64,000 nt of DNA from Octopus sinensis (taxonomy: Eukaryota), in contig NC_043007.1 in assembly GCF_006345805.1 (NCBI RefSeq), positions 76,322,001 to 76,386,000 of the forward strand, written 5' to 3'. The notes under the pieces were generated by a model. That model had not been told where the DNA came from. It saw nothing but the letters and a program-made list of their open reading frames with translations, and did no database searches. A program made the translations under genes and the position numbers. Of the stretch, positions 49,141 through 63,010 are shown piece by piece. Within the stretch, counting starts at the first letter, position 1; each line of letters opens with the position of its first letter.

Positions 49141-49209
<69 letters not shown>

Positions 49210-49914
49210 TAATGAGAAGTGTAGCATTCATATATTTGACCCAGAATTTAGAAGAACTTCAAACAGAAACGAAGTACAACTTCTGTGTTTGGCGTTTATA
49301 GATTTTGTAAGCTCGCTACAGGCAATTATCGCAATATAATCTTTATGAAAATTTTACCATCAATTCACAATCTTTCTAAATTATGATACATTGAAAGAAT
49401 AATATACGAAATTGAATGAGAGAAATGAAAAAACGACCAACCTTCAAGACGTCAGACTTAGGACGTTCTGTTACCTTCTTAACATCTTCCATAATATTTT
49501 TATTCTGATGAGAAAGAAAATACCTTTTTGTTTTCAGGTAGATCATAACTGACGTTATAGATACAAGTGAAACAATACGTACAATCGCATAAGAATATGA
49601 ACTAAATTGCATAGTTATTCTTTCACAAATATTCGAGTAACACTGGTAGCACGCTGCTGCGGATGTGGCATTGAATATTCTCTAAGGAATAAACACGACT
49701 TAGCCCACTTCAGTACTCTAATTTACTGGGGATATACTCTTTCGAAAAACGTATTTACTCGCATATTTTTTGTTGTTGGGGCACCATTCATTTTTCTAGC
49801 GTTAAATTTGTGACATGTAGAAATTCCGTAATCAGATATTTGTTTCCATCAAGTAAATATCCCTCTTATCTAATGCAGCAGTTGCGGTAGTTCACCAACA
49901 GAGATAAACTTTTG

Positions 49915-50325
49915 TAATAACGGTTCCAAATTGTGATACAAGACCAAGGGTTTTCAGAGGAAGATGAGGATTATATCTACCCCAATACATCACTGGTTCG
50001 AATTTAACGACCCCGAAATGAAGAATGTGTCAGCTGACCTCGGCAAAATTGGAACTCAAAAGTGTAAAGGCAGACGAAATGTGGCTAAGCTTTTTGTCCT
50101 CTTTAAAATAATGACTTCAAATTTTGACACAAGTAGAGCAATTTCGAAAAAGTGATTAAGTCTATTACACAGACCTCAGTGCATAACTGGTACTTAATTT
50201 ATCCAGTTCCAAAGAATCAAAGGCAACTTCGTCCTCGGCTAAATAGTAACTCAGAGCGTGAGACGACGAAATTGCGATCAGTGTTTTGCTCGGAGTGCTA
50301 ACGATTCTGGCAGCTCACTGCCTTA
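49915..50325 (-). mobile_element. Two adjacent decayed Meta-like SINEs
   Basis: Copies at about 49915-50105 and 50110-50325 mirror the adjacent pair in the 36.7-39.1 kb duplication. Confidence 0.6.
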
Positions 50326-50604
50326 TATTGCCTAACTATTCCTAAATCTACATAATAGGTTGAATTGGCTCTCAGCCAATATCTAATTGCCATTCAGAAC
50401 AAGTTTATAATACATTTAACTTTAAATCATAAATCTTGTTTTATGTATTACTTCTGTAATTATTCTTTCAATTGCTTTCCAACTTTAAAATAACATTTAT
50501 ACATATATACCGAATAATTGTCACATATTACATTTACAGATAAATTCCTCTATTTTCATAATATTGAGGTCTCTTTCTTTCTTTTGTTGTCTTACCATTT
50601 TTAT

Positions 50605-50638
<34 letters not shown>

Positions 50639-50643
<5 letters not shown>

Positions 50644-51404
50644 GTTTTCTTAAAACGTCCAAACATGTTGTGAGCGGCAATAACAGCAATAATATAACAA
50701 CCAGTTAATGATGTGGATTAAAAATATCACTAGCATATGAATATAAACAAATTACAGAAAATCGGTACGCCTGACAAACTGTGATGTTTAAGCTGCATTT
50801 GGATTGGTCGAAACCATCTTCTAAACATTCAGGTTGTTGGAGCGTTCTAAGAGGTACTAAAATTGTCAAGAGGTTAACAGTCAGTTAAACACATTTGAAA
50901 TCTCATGATTACTTCTATGTATGAAAGCATTAATCTAACTCAATGAGCATTAAAAAATATATTTTTAAGAATAAAATACCACAATAAAAAACGCGAAAAC
51001 CAGACCGTCTTTTAACTATATTCAACTGATATATTATTGTATACACATTCGCACAATTTTTAAAACCATATATATATATATATATATATATATTATTTAT
51101 TTTATAGAAGGAGCTTCTACAGGACTAGAACTGTTTCATTCAAAAGAAATCATCAGGAAGCTAGTAGACAAGAGTTGTTTTGGCATTTATACATTTAGGC
51201 AGGTTTAAATGGGTGACCACCCATTTAAACCTGCCTAAATGTATAAATGCCAAAACAACTCTTGTCTACTAGTTTCCTGATGATTCTTTTGAATGAAACA
51301 GTTCTAGTCCTGTAGAAGCTCCTTCTATAAAATAAATTAATTTACTCTGCTATGTATTGAGTACCTTATTTACTGTGGTTAACCCCGACTCAACCCGGAC
51401 CGAC
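50639..51404 (+). repeat. Left arm of an inverted duplication of about 766 bp
   Basis: Reverse complement of 54706-55472 with only a few substitutions and indels. Contains a 243-bp palindrome (51095-51337, 2-nt loop AC). Confidence 0.93.
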
Positions 51405-51448
51405 ATATATATATGATATATATATATATATATATATATATCATATAT

Positions 51449-51570
<122 letters not shown>

Positions 51571-54009
51571 CCGGTTGGGTGCGCATTACCACGACTCGCC
51601 ACCCACACCCAACGAAGAGGACTGCTTCACTGGCCTGGGCCGCCGACCATCCCCGTGGACGCCTGCCCCTGGCCAGATCCTAGCAGTCGATCTTTTCGCG
51701 GGCGCTTGTCAGCGTGCATTGGAGCGGTTCAACTTCTCCAGGCGCCAACGCCGCCTCAACATCTCCCCGGCTGAGCTCTTGGCTCTTCCTTCCCTCCAAC
51801 AGCGCGCTGACATTATCATCAAACCGGCTGACAAGGGTGGAGCTGTAGTGGTGTGGCGCGCGGACCTCTATAGGGCCGAGGCTTTCCGCCAACTCAATGA
51901 CACCTCCTTCTATTCCCCTCTGCCCTCTGACCCCACACGTAGCTACCAACAGACGGTATCCTCTACTGTCCACGATCTCATCTCGTCCTCCCGTCTCCCC
52001 CGCACCGCATCCAACCTAATTGTGCGAACCCCACGTACCCCCACCATTTACTTCCTCCCCAAAATCCACAAACCCAACAACCCTGGCCGCCCCATCGTCT
52101 CCGCCTGTAACTGCCCCACGGAGCTCATCTCTAAATACCTCGACCGTGTCCTTGCCCCCCTAGTGGCATCTCTTCCCTCCCACATCCACGATACCAACCA
52201 TGTTCTCCGGCTTTTCAACTCTTTCTCCTTTCCTCCCGGCTCCTCCAAAATCCTTTTTACTATGGAAATAACTATACTGTTATCCCTCACCACGAAGGAC
52301 TGCAGGCCCTTCGACACTTTCTTGACCTCCGCTCTAACCCTGTACCTGACACCTCCACACTCATTCGTCTGGCCGAACTTGTCCTTACTCTGAACTGCTT
52401 CTCGTTCGCGGGCGAGTTCTACCATCAGGTCTCGGGAGTGGCCATGGGAACGCGAATGGGCCCCAACTATGCGAACCTGTTCGTTGGCTATGTTGAGGCC
52501 CAAATATTCTCTAATTTCACTGGTCCCACTCCTGAACTATATGGTCGTTACATCGACGACATTATCGGTGCCACCTCACTCTCCCGCGAACATCTAGATT
52601 CCTTCCTCTCTTTCGTCCAATCTTTCCATCCAGCCCTCCACTTCACTTCCACTATCTCCAACACCTCTGTCTCCTTCCTCGACATTTCGGTTAGCATTCT
52701 TCACTCTACTCTTACCACCTCCATTCACTACAAACACACAGACTCACACTCATACCTCAACTTCTCTTCCTCCCACCCAGAACACACCAAGCTTTCCATC
52801 CCCTATTCCCAATTCCTCCGTCTACGTAGGCTCTGTAGTGACGACCATGACTTTGAGACTCAGTCTCAACGTATGGCTCACCACTTCACCCTACGTGGAT
52901 ACCCCCTCACCACTATCCACACCGCCCTTGCCAGAGCACGGTCCGTGGACCGTGTATCTGCTCTCTCTCCCCGAACCCGCCCTGTAGTCTCCCGCCTCCC
53001 TTTTCCCCTCACTTACCACCCCACGACCCTACGTCTCCAACGCACCATTCTTCGAGCTTTCCGTCATCTCCAGTCTGACCCGTCCACTTCACACCTCTTC
53101 CCTAACCGACCCCTCCCCTCTTTCAAACGAGCCCACAACCTTCGAGACCTTTTGGTCCATAGCTCCTTCCCTGACCCTACCTCCCAACCCGGCTCGTTCC
53201 CCTGCTCCCGCCCACGTTGCCGCACTTGCCCTTACCTCTCCAACACCACCCGCCTCACTAGCACCCACCATCGACCCTATCCCATCATCCACTCCTTCAC
53301 CTGCACCTCCAGCAATATTATCTATTGCATCTCTTGCTCTCTCTGCAATTCCTTGTACATCGGACAAACGGGACGCCGCTTGGCTGACCGGTTCGCGGAA
53401 CACCTTCGTGACATCCACCTTGCGAACGACACACCGGTCTCACGCCATTTCCGCTCCACCGGTCACTCCTTGCAACACCTATCTGTGTTCGGTTTGTCCT
53501 TACACAGAGGCCATCCGGATTCCCGTTTGCGCCGTGAACAGGAATTAATCTTCTCTCTTCGCTCTTATACGCCATTTGGTCTCAACTCTCCCCCTCCTCA
53601 TCTAACCCCCCTCTTCCCCTCCTCACCTTCCTTCTCCCCCTCCTCTCCTCTTCTCCCTCTTTCCTCCTTCCTCCCCCCTCCTCACCTATCCTTTCCCCCC
53701 GACCCCTACTTCTTCAGTCCTTCATCCTTTCACCCCTACTCCCTTCCCTTCTTCCCTCTTTCTCCCTCCCTCCTTCTCTCTTCCCCTTCCCTCTGCTCCC
53801 TCACTCCCTCACTCCCCTTCTCTCTCCCCCTCTCCCTCTTTCCTCCTTCCTCCCCCCTCCTCACCTTCCTTCTCCCCCTCCTCTCCTCTTCTCCCTCTTC
53901 TCCCCCTTCTCTCCCCTCTTCTCCCCTCCCCCTCTTCTCCTCACTACACCACACGACTTTACACATCACATCATATATGATGTGCCATACTAATACATAC
54001 ACCAACTAA
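51571..54009 (+). pseudogene. PLE RT + GIY-YIG coding region with a single frameshift in the RT
   Basis: The frame is open from the junction to about 52272. It shifts at ATGGAAATAAC/TATACT, then stays open to 54009 (ORF 52438-54009 with RYIDDI and IYCISC..YIGQT). Confidence 0.93.
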
Positions 54010-54295
54010 TACATACTAATACGTACTAATACATACTAATACATACTAATACATACACCAACCCTATACATACACACGTCCAGACCCCTCCTACGCACTA
54101 TTAGCTGGTCCTTCAACCCTATTATCAACCCTATTATCAACCCTATTATCAACCCTATTATCTCCCCTTATTTCGCTCTCGCGTCTCATGTTTGATCTTT
54201 GACCTCTGGCCGAAATCAGATCGCCATGTTGATTCGTTAGCTACTGCACGCATTTTTTTCTCTCCTTCTTTCTGTGTTTTTTTTCTCTCTGTGTA

Positions 54296-54333
54296 TCTTT
54301 CTGTTGAAGAGCGTAGGCTCGAAACGTTAAAGA
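54296..54333 (+). ncRNA. Minimal hammerhead-like motif F1 in the copy-2 pLTR
   Basis: Identical to 40130-40167. Confidence 0.62.
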
Positions 54334-54654
54334 CTTGTTTTATTTATATTTCCTGAGCGCCAAACTAATACAATTGTTCGTTTGTCTTCCACCTGCCTTC
54401 GTCATTTGTCTATTTTCATAAAGCTTCCCGTTATATATATATATACATGTATATATAAATTCGCACCTCCATGTATTGATTTTTGCGTGAAGATTTAGTT
54501 AGCCAAATACATTTCTCCACAATACCATATCGTCATTCTTTTCATCTATAGACCACGTGGAAGTTAAGCAATCTTCTTAACTACGCACACGCTCATGTAC
54601 GATTTTGTTCGTCTTTATACATAAATACACACGCATACACATATAGTCACCCAG

Positions 54655-54696
<42 letters not shown>

Positions 54697-54705
54697 TATA
54701 TATAT

Positions 54706-55011
54706 GTCGGTCCCGGGTTGAGTCGGGGTTAACCACAGTAAATAAGGTACTCAATACATAGCAGAGTAAATTAATTTATTTTATAGAAGGAGCTTCTACA
54801 GGACTAGAACTGTTTCATTCAAAAGAAATCATCAGGAAACTAGTAGACAAGAGTTGTTTTGGCATTTATACATTTAGGCAGGTTTAAATGGGTGGTCACC
54901 CATTTAAACCTGCCTAAATGTATAAATGCCAAAACAACTCTTGTCTACTAGTTTCCTGATGATTTCTTTTGAATGAAACAGTTCTAGTCCTGTAGAAGCT
55001 CCTTCTATAAA

Positions 55012-55051
<40 letters not shown>

Positions 55052-55472
55052 TTAAAAATTGTGCGAATGTGTATACAATAATATATCAGTTGAATATAGT
55101 TAAAAGACGGTCTGGTTTTCGCGTTTTTTATTGTGGTATTTTATTCTTAAAATATATTTTTTAATGCTCATTGAGTTAGATTAATGCTTTCATACATAGA
55201 AGTAATCATGAGATTTCAAATGTGTTTAACTGACTGTTAACCTCTTGACAATTTTAGTACCTCTTAGAACGTTCCAACAACCTGAATGTTTAGATGGTTT
55301 CGACCAATCCAAATGCAGCTTAAACATCACAGTTTGTCAGGCGTACCGATTTTCTGTAATTTGTTTATATTCATATGCTAGTGATATTTTTAATCCACAT
55401 CATTAACTGGTTGTTATATTATTGCTGTTATTGCCGCTCACAACATGTTTGGACGTTTTAAGAAAACGTTTT
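54706..55472 (-). repeat. Right arm of the inverted duplication of about 766 bp
   Basis: Reverse complement of 50639-51404. Contains the palindrome 54774-55017 with loop GT. Confidence 0.93.
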
Positions 55473-56000
55473 CCTTTTATCTTTCTTCCAACCTCGCTTG
55501 AGTCATATAGTTTGCAAGAATTAGAAATATTTTCTAACCATATGTCTGTATATATTCTCTGAATCGAATTTGGTGAGCATTGGCGCTCTGGATTTGTTGT
55601 CTGCAGACTCATGAGCGTTCCGATAATGCATTCTCTGCCCCCACCCTTTCTATATATATTTATTTGAAATTCGAGCAATTAATGCGGTAGATAAATTTTC
55701 TGCTTTTGCAATTCATATCTGCATTTTCAAAAATCTGTCTATGTTTTCCTTAACTTACATGCCGATTGATCAACACCATATTCTTAAAATTCTGGTTGTT
55801 GAAGCGTTCTAAGAGGTACTGAAGTTGTGAAGAACTCAATTATCAGTTAAACAATCTGATGATTACTCTACGTATGAAAGCGGTAATTTAACTTTATGAG
55901 CATTACAAGATACTTTTTTAATGTTAAAGTATCATAACAGAGCACATGAAAACCAGACCATGCTCTAACTTTATTCAACTGATATATATATGTGTGGGGG

Positions 56001-56081
<81 letters not shown>

Positions 56082-56082
56082 G

Positions 56083-56158
<76 letters not shown>

Positions 56159-56163
56159 TAGAC

Positions 56164-56257
<94 letters not shown>
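56001..56257. repeat. (GATA)n microsatellite with a short (GACA)n interruption
   Basis: Directly visible. Confidence 0.97.
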
Positions 56258-56258
<1 letters not shown>

Positions 56259-56877
56259 CCCCCCATATACATTGAAACAACAAACCAAACAGATGTGAGC
56301 GAAGGAGCCAGTTACTTGGAAGAATTTTCTTAGCTTTACTCGACTATATTTGTTCTACATTGTCATTTTCATAGCATGAAACTGTTACCAGCAGCTTCTT
56401 AATATGTGAGAGAATATCAAAGGAGTTTCAAATAACGTATATATTTCTGTATAATTTATATTCACTAAATTTATGATCCATTAAAAATGATATACGAAAT
56501 TAAAGGAGTGAAATTAAAATCAACTTACATTCAAATGATCAGATTTAGTATGTACTGTTAGCATCTTAACATTCTCCATATTCTTTGGATCCTGTTGAGA
56601 AATGTATTGGCATATGCTTAACGATATTTAATTACCATTCAAATAATGAATATGAATATCAGAGGTAAGTATATTTATACACACACACACACACACATGT
56701 ATATCTATGTATGTATATATATATGTGTGTGTGTGTAGGTATATATACATATTTATGTATATGTGCATATATGTATGCATGTATATATGAATATATATGT
56801 GTGTGTGTGTATGTATGTATGTATGCATGCATGTATGTATGTATGTATGTATGTATGTATGTATGTGTGTACGTACT

Positions 56878-56904
<27 letters not shown>

Positions 56905-56908
<4 letters not shown>

Positions 56909-57630
56909 TGCAGCTGTTTCTGGGTTATTATGGATATCCCTTCATCGGAGACAATGTGAGATGGTTAAATAGAGGTAAATATTTGAGTTCGAAATAACGA
57001 ATTATTATGGAAAAGAGGAGATAGGGAATATAGAGGGAAAAAAGAGAATGAAAGTAGAAATAAAATATAAAATAAATAAAGATATTGTAGTTACAGTTCC
57101 ATTATTCGAGGAAAGTGGTGTATAGAAGAGGTAAAAAAAGTTTCCTTTACATGATATGTAAGTTCAAATGGTATTTCATGTTTAACCATTTCAAAATATG
57201 GAGCTGTGGATTCTGTGTTGTTCATTCGAAAGGGTCTTGTTTTGTGAATGAAAATTTGAGAATGTATTGATAGTATTTGTGGATAGATGGTGGGGGGGAT
57301 GTGTATTACTAGAATGACGAGATAGGTCAAATTGAAAATAGGAAAAGAAAATGAGAGGAAGAAAGAGAAAAAAGAGAAAAAGAGAAAAACAAAAGAGAGA
57401 AAAAGTGAAAATAATGAAAGAGTGAAAGAGTGAAAGAAGTGAGAAAAGGTGTGTTAGTTGGTGGTCAAGAAAATATGAGGAAGGATGGGAAAGGGGTGGG
57501 GAAGGGGAGGAATAGATGAGAAGGTAAGGAGTGAATAAGTGTGAGATATATGAGTGGGAGTGATGTGATAGAGCTTCATTAAGGGATGGGTAGAGAAAAG
57601 GGATGGGTGGGTTTTAGTAATAAAATCTAA
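56905..57630 (-). mobile_element. Second F3 PLE-associated repeat with a decayed hammerhead at 56905-56952
   Basis: Minus strand GTCT-CCGATGA-A-GGGATAT-CCATA-ATAACCC-A-GAAAC-AGCT-GCA, with U4C and U16.1C. A further fragment in opposite orientation lies at 58525-58690. Confidence 0.65.
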
Positions 57631-57996
57631 AGTGAAGGGAAGAATACAAGGATGTCAAATTTCTATAAGTGGACGTATGTGATTGTATAGGTTAGTGTAA
57701 TAGTTAGGAATCAGAGAGGAGAAAGAAGGTATAATGACATACGTACGCGCGCACACATATATATATCCGTAAATGTATTTATACGCGCATATGCGTGCGC
57801 ATACATGTATACACATTCATGAAAACGCACATACATACGCGCAGGCGCACATGCGATTAGTCACAGTTACACGCATGCGCTCATACAGGTACGTACGTAT
57901 ACATATATACACATACACACACTCACTCATATATATTTTTATATACATATGCAAGTATAGATACGTACACGCACATACTATATATGTATATATATA

Positions 57997-58058
<62 letters not shown>

Positions 58059-58835
58059 ACATATAACCACATACATATACATATATACACAAATATACAT
58101 GCACACACATTTACACACACACATGTATCCACTTGCATGTCCATATATGTTGTATTAAATGACTGAGATCCTTAAATTAAGATAGGGGGAGTTAAAAATT
58201 AAAGATTAAAAATTAAGTTGGAGATAAAGGAAAATTAAGTAGGGTTTTGGGGAATTACTTAAGGAGTGTTATGGATATATGCTGAGTGGTTATTTAGGCT
58301 GCATTTAGATTTGGTATAAAATTTGAAGGCATAAAAAAAGCGGTGGCTGCATGTACTTAGGACCTTATTATATTTATTTAGTAGTATCGAGGATTTGTGT
58401 TTTGATATGTGAAATGCCTCTTTTAGGCATAATTTACAAGCTAAGCATTGATCGTGGTATGGAAGTCCTGAATCTATTGTGTAAATGTACGTGTATATGT
58501 ATGCGCACGCATATACGTGTATTTATTACTAAAACCCCACTCATACCTTTTCTCTATCCATCCCTTAATGTAGCTCTATCACATCGCCCCTATCTCACAC
58601 TTATTCACTCCTTACCTTCTCATCTCTTCTTATCCCTCTCCCACCCCTTTCCCATCCTCCCCTCACATTATCTTGACCACCAACTAACAAAATCAAAATG
58701 CCATTTTGATCTTCTCTTGATGAGTTCGATTACCGAACGAAAGCGCTAATAAAGAATTATCCAAAATTCTGACTGCCTCCTTTTTCTCAATATACAATTT
58801 CTGTACACCACTTCAAAAGCTATATATATATATAT

Positions 58836-59092
58836 CATCGTGATCACCGTGACCGACCGGGCTATCAGATGTTGCTACACATCGCTGATCACAATGCGCT
58901 TCGCATTGTTTTAGCCTTTAAATGAGAGAAAGTTGTGGCGAAAGAGTACAGCAGGGATCGCCACCATCCCCTACCGGAGCCTCCTGGAGCTTTAGGTGTT
59001 TTCGCTCAAAAACACTCACAACGCCCTGTCTGGGAATCGAAACTGCGATCCTACGACCGCGAGTCCGCTGCCCTAACTACTATTGCACCTCC
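58836..59092 (-). mobile_element. tRNA-derived SINE, head H1 joined to tail T2
   Basis: The head aligns with 18994-19170, then switches to ggctaaaacaatgcgaagcgcattgtgatcagcgatg...ggtcggtcacggtgatcacgatg. Confidence 0.82.
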
Positions 59093-59097
59093 ATATA

Positions 59098-59180
<83 letters not shown>

Positions 59181-59469
59181 TATACATATATATGAATAAC
59201 ATTCATAAGCAAATATTCAAAATCCATAGTCGTATGTAAATTTTGCAATGCAATTATATCTCTACACATGCAAATATATAATATAGTGCACACAGTGATT
59301 ATGCTACAAGTTTACCAGTGGTTGGATATAGAAAGAGATGTTGGTAAGAAGACCATTTTCACATAGGAAAATATAAGTTACCTGATGAATGCGAAGATCT
59401 AGCATGAAGTATAGCCGTGTGTAGGCACGCCGAAGAATAGACCGTACACTTCCTCTATTTTGGGGGGTG

Positions 59470-59730
59470 GGGTGCGCCCTTTTCAAGCCTAGCCAGGCTC
59501 ATGGGCCCGCTTTCCCGGTTTCTGTGGCCTATTTGTTTCCCCCAGCTGGACGAGACGCCAGTCCATCGCAGCGTTACTCAAGAAACAGGAAGAGAGAGTG
59601 ATAGAAAGTTGGGGCGAAAGAGTACAACAGGAGTCGCCACCACCCACTGCCGGAGCCTCGTGGAACAATAAATACACAACGCCCGGTCTGGGAATTGAAA
59701 CCACGAGTCCGCAGCCCTAACCACTGGGCC
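59470..59730 (-). mobile_element. tRNA-derived SINE, head H1 joined to a third tail (T3)
   Basis: The head aligns with 18994-19190. The tail contains CTGCGATGGACTGGCGTCTCGTCCAG and AGAAACCGGGAAAG, reminiscent of V-SINE-type central domains (from memory). Confidence 0.72.
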
Positions 59731-60185
59731 TCTGCTTGTCGTAAAAGATAGCGAACACAGTATGGATTTACACTTCAACCTCATAAAACCCTCACAAGCA
59801 GATCCATGACTAAACAGATCCACGGGTTTGCGTGTTGCCGCCTGAGTGTTGCGAAGGTGTCATCTGCTAAGTGTAGGTAATCACTGGTAAGTGGTAGATG
59901 CAGCGATGCATTGCAACAGGGCATACTCGCACACTACAGCTGAGCTAAGCTGTAGCATAATAACTATTTCTTTACTGAGACATTTTCCGAGTAGGGAATA
60001 TAAAATGCTAACATGACAGTTGCATTTATTTTAATGGAGGTTACCGCTTTCATGATTTAGTTTTATGTGTTCCAGGTGTCATTATATGTGAGACGTTATG
60101 ATCAGCAGAATAGATGGAGTGTTTGTGCTCAGCACTGATTTCACTTGTTAGAGACATAGAGAATTAAACCACATTAACTTTTTAC

Positions 60186-60218
60186 CCGTAAAAAGCAGCA
60201 AGATAATACTCCCATTTC
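60186..60218 (-). other. Candidate 33-nt exon
   Basis: Acceptor aagattttcAG and donor CGG|GTAAAA. Open in all frames, length divisible by 3. Confidence 0.25.
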
Positions 60219-60385
60219 CTGAAAATCTTGAGTTCGAAGTTAAAATGCAAACATACACACGGATACACACGCACACAGACACACACTCACACGGACGGAC
60301 GGACGGACACACACTTAATGTATATGTATGCACACTTAAATATAAAATTGTATTAATACTTAATGTATGTATGTATGTATGTATG

Positions 60386-60462
<77 letters not shown>

Positions 60463-60584
60463 CTTACTGTTCCATTAAGGTAAGATCATCAAAGGAATTA
60501 CTCCATCCAGATAGCAATACATATCATTTAATGTACACAGTATTAAGATACGAGCTATTAATAGTTCCTTTCTTTAGAGACTCG

Positions 60585-61422
60585 GATCTAGGCAGGTTCT
60601 TATAACACACCATGTGTCTCCAACAATGTTCAGGCTCTGAGCATAAGGTCTATTCAGTCAATTTGCAAATGAGGATGCCAGTTGAATTGAAATCACGATA
60701 AAAACGAGATGTATTGTGTCACCATGTTTAGATGTAGAAAAAAAGAAAAGGTACAAATAAACATATCCGAAATTTTATGCTAACACATTGCTATCAAGAT
60801 ATCCCAAAACGGGCTAAATTCAAAGTGAACTGAGATAATACCTCTAATACAGGAATGCATACAAAAAGAACTTTAATAAGAAATATATTTTAAAGAAAGC
60901 TAGTTTAGTGTTTAAGCTTATGATAATGTCAGTAGATAACGAAAGAATAAAAAAAATGAACATAGAAATTATACATCACGACATTTATTTATCCAGTTAC
61001 TAAATTGTTTATTCTAAATATAAAATTTTTATTTTAACTATGCTTATTAGATTATAGAACAATCAATTATAATTAAGGAGTTATTTACTATTGTAATATT
61101 TAAATGTTTTTTTTCTTTATTTAGAGAGTACTTTAATGTAAATTGTTTCAACAATTCATTGATTCTAAGTTTGAAGTAATTATATAATACATTTCCTTTA
61201 AGCCAAGATCACATTTAATTTTTCCAGTATTGTACGATGGAGCGTAACTAATAATGGACCACTTTATATCATAATTAATGTTCCTGTCTTTCAAATCCCA
61301 AATACATTTACTATTTCAATTGTACTAGCGTCCTCATTTGCAAATTGATCGAACAGACCTTATGCTCAGAGCCTGAACATTACTTGGAGACACAATACGT
61401 GTTATAAAAACCTGCCTAGATC
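60585..61422. mobile_element. Foldback/MITE-like element: diverged inverted repeats of about 110 bp around an AT-rich core
   Basis: 60585-60693 (gatctaggcagg...gttcaggctctgagcataaggtct...tcaatttgcaaatgagga) is the imperfect reverse complement of 61313-61422. No TSD found. Confidence 0.6.
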
Positions 61423-61475
61423 TGCACCTCTTTACTACATGTAGTAAATAACAAAATAAACTGTACAGAACTTAC

Positions 61476-61526
61476 CAGGTTTTGGAGAAGAGAATATAAC
61501 AGCAAAGAACGTCCTATCTGCAACGC
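61476..61526 (-). other. Candidate 51-nt exon
   Basis: Strong acceptor ctttcactccttttactttttgcAG and consensus donor CTG|GTAAGT. Open in phase 0 (ALQIGRSLLLYSLLQNL) and phase 1 (VADRTFFAVIFSSPKP). Confidence 0.5.
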
Positions 61527-62454
61527 CTGCAAAAAGTAAAAGGAGTGAAAGTTCTTAACTTACTGATTTACGATTGTGATTGAGTGTAAGAGCCGACAGA
61601 TTAAAATAATAAAACTTTACAGTCAATCTAATGCCACCATACATAATGGAGTGACGAAAGTCTAATTAATTAATAAAGTATAGATGCATAAGCGAAGTCA
61701 GTCATTTACTCAAATACAGACGTTGACGATATTTGTACATACCTTTACAATGTTCAATGTAAATGTCTGCAGTGTGTATATTTGTATAGCAACAGTTTGT
61801 AGGCAAATTATGGAGACATGATGATAAATATGACAAATCTTGTAAATTAGCGAACAATATCTATTTTATTATTGCATCACGTGAGGGTAAAAGAGAAAAT
61901 AAGTAACTATTCGTAATTCATGTTAAAACAATAAAAACAAACAGATCGGAGTAAAGAAGCCAGTATCTTGAATGTGTTATAAGTTTCATAGCTCTAACAG
62001 ACGATATTTATTTTGCAATAACATATCAATCATATGAAGTGGTTAGTAATAACATCTTAATGGGAGCGAGAATATCAACGAAATATCACACGAGATACGA
62101 TATTTAGTTCTATATAATTTATAATCATCGAAAATTGTGATACATTTTTCCAAAAATCAAAGGGATTCGAAATTAAAGACGATAAATTCAAAACCAACTT
62201 ACTTCCGGAATTTTTGACTTTTGCTGGGAAAGCTTTTTTAATAAGCCATAATCTGCAGGTGAGTTCTTGAAAGCCTGTAGAGGTAACGAGACGGGAAGCT
62301 GTTTACAAGTTGATCATAAGTAGACTATATACAAGCGGGTTAATCCGAAAAAGTGCAAATGAGTATGAATTAAATTACTTGATTAATAGTTTTTTTTAGT
62401 TTTTCTTTTTCCCTTTTCAAGCCTTAATTGATAGTTCAAACAAATGACATACAA

Positions 62455-63010
62455 AAATCGCTTATTCATCAAAGTATACCCATCATATTTCATTGGCAGT
62501 TGCCATTGTACCAGAAGCTCAAATCCAAGCGTATAACATTTGGCTGGTTTAAAAACAAAATACACCTTGCGCCCATTTTTGACATCATTCGCGTTGTTGA
62601 ACATCTGCCAGTGCAGGAAATGAGTCAAGGCTCGGAAAAGGTGATAATTTGAAGGTGTTACAATTCGACATCAAAAACGGACATTTCGGGGACTTAGCGG
62701 CAGTTGTTTGCAAATGTTCACGTGTCGTTCAACCTGGTCATAAGGAGCATCTCGACAATGTCTTACCACAAGGCCGACTTAATGGAGTTGTAGGTAGATG
62801 GCGTTTTGTGAAGGAACAAGTTCTGTCGACAATGTACGAGTGCTTTTGCGTAGATGCTGTTCAACAACGAATGGTACTCCTGGCGTTAACTTATCATCGA
62901 GGCTGATATCACCTTCCTTGAAGTGTGTGAACCATTTTTGTGGAACACGTTCTTTGACAGTTCTTGGGCTTTCCTCATCATAATTTCTTTTAACGCTGCC
63001 ATTTCACTCA
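62455..63010 (-). pseudogene. Internally deleted mariner remnant
   Basis: N-terminal QKWFTHFKEGDISLDD...STRTLSTEL is joined almost directly to C-terminal FNNANDVKN...GFELLVQWQ...YDGY; the catalytic core is missing. Confidence 0.6.

Noticed and set aside
51262-51320. Hammerhead in the 243-bp palindrome (CTGATGA...GAAAC; also about 54948-55000)
   Set aside because: Helix II has no closing 10.1-11.1 pair, and no UH triplet gives a helix I adjacent to the core. GTTTC upstream pairs with GAAAC instead.
59382-59420. CTGATGA-ATGC...GCAT-GAAG hammerhead-like core
   Set aside because: It has G in place of A15.1, and I could not build helices I and III.
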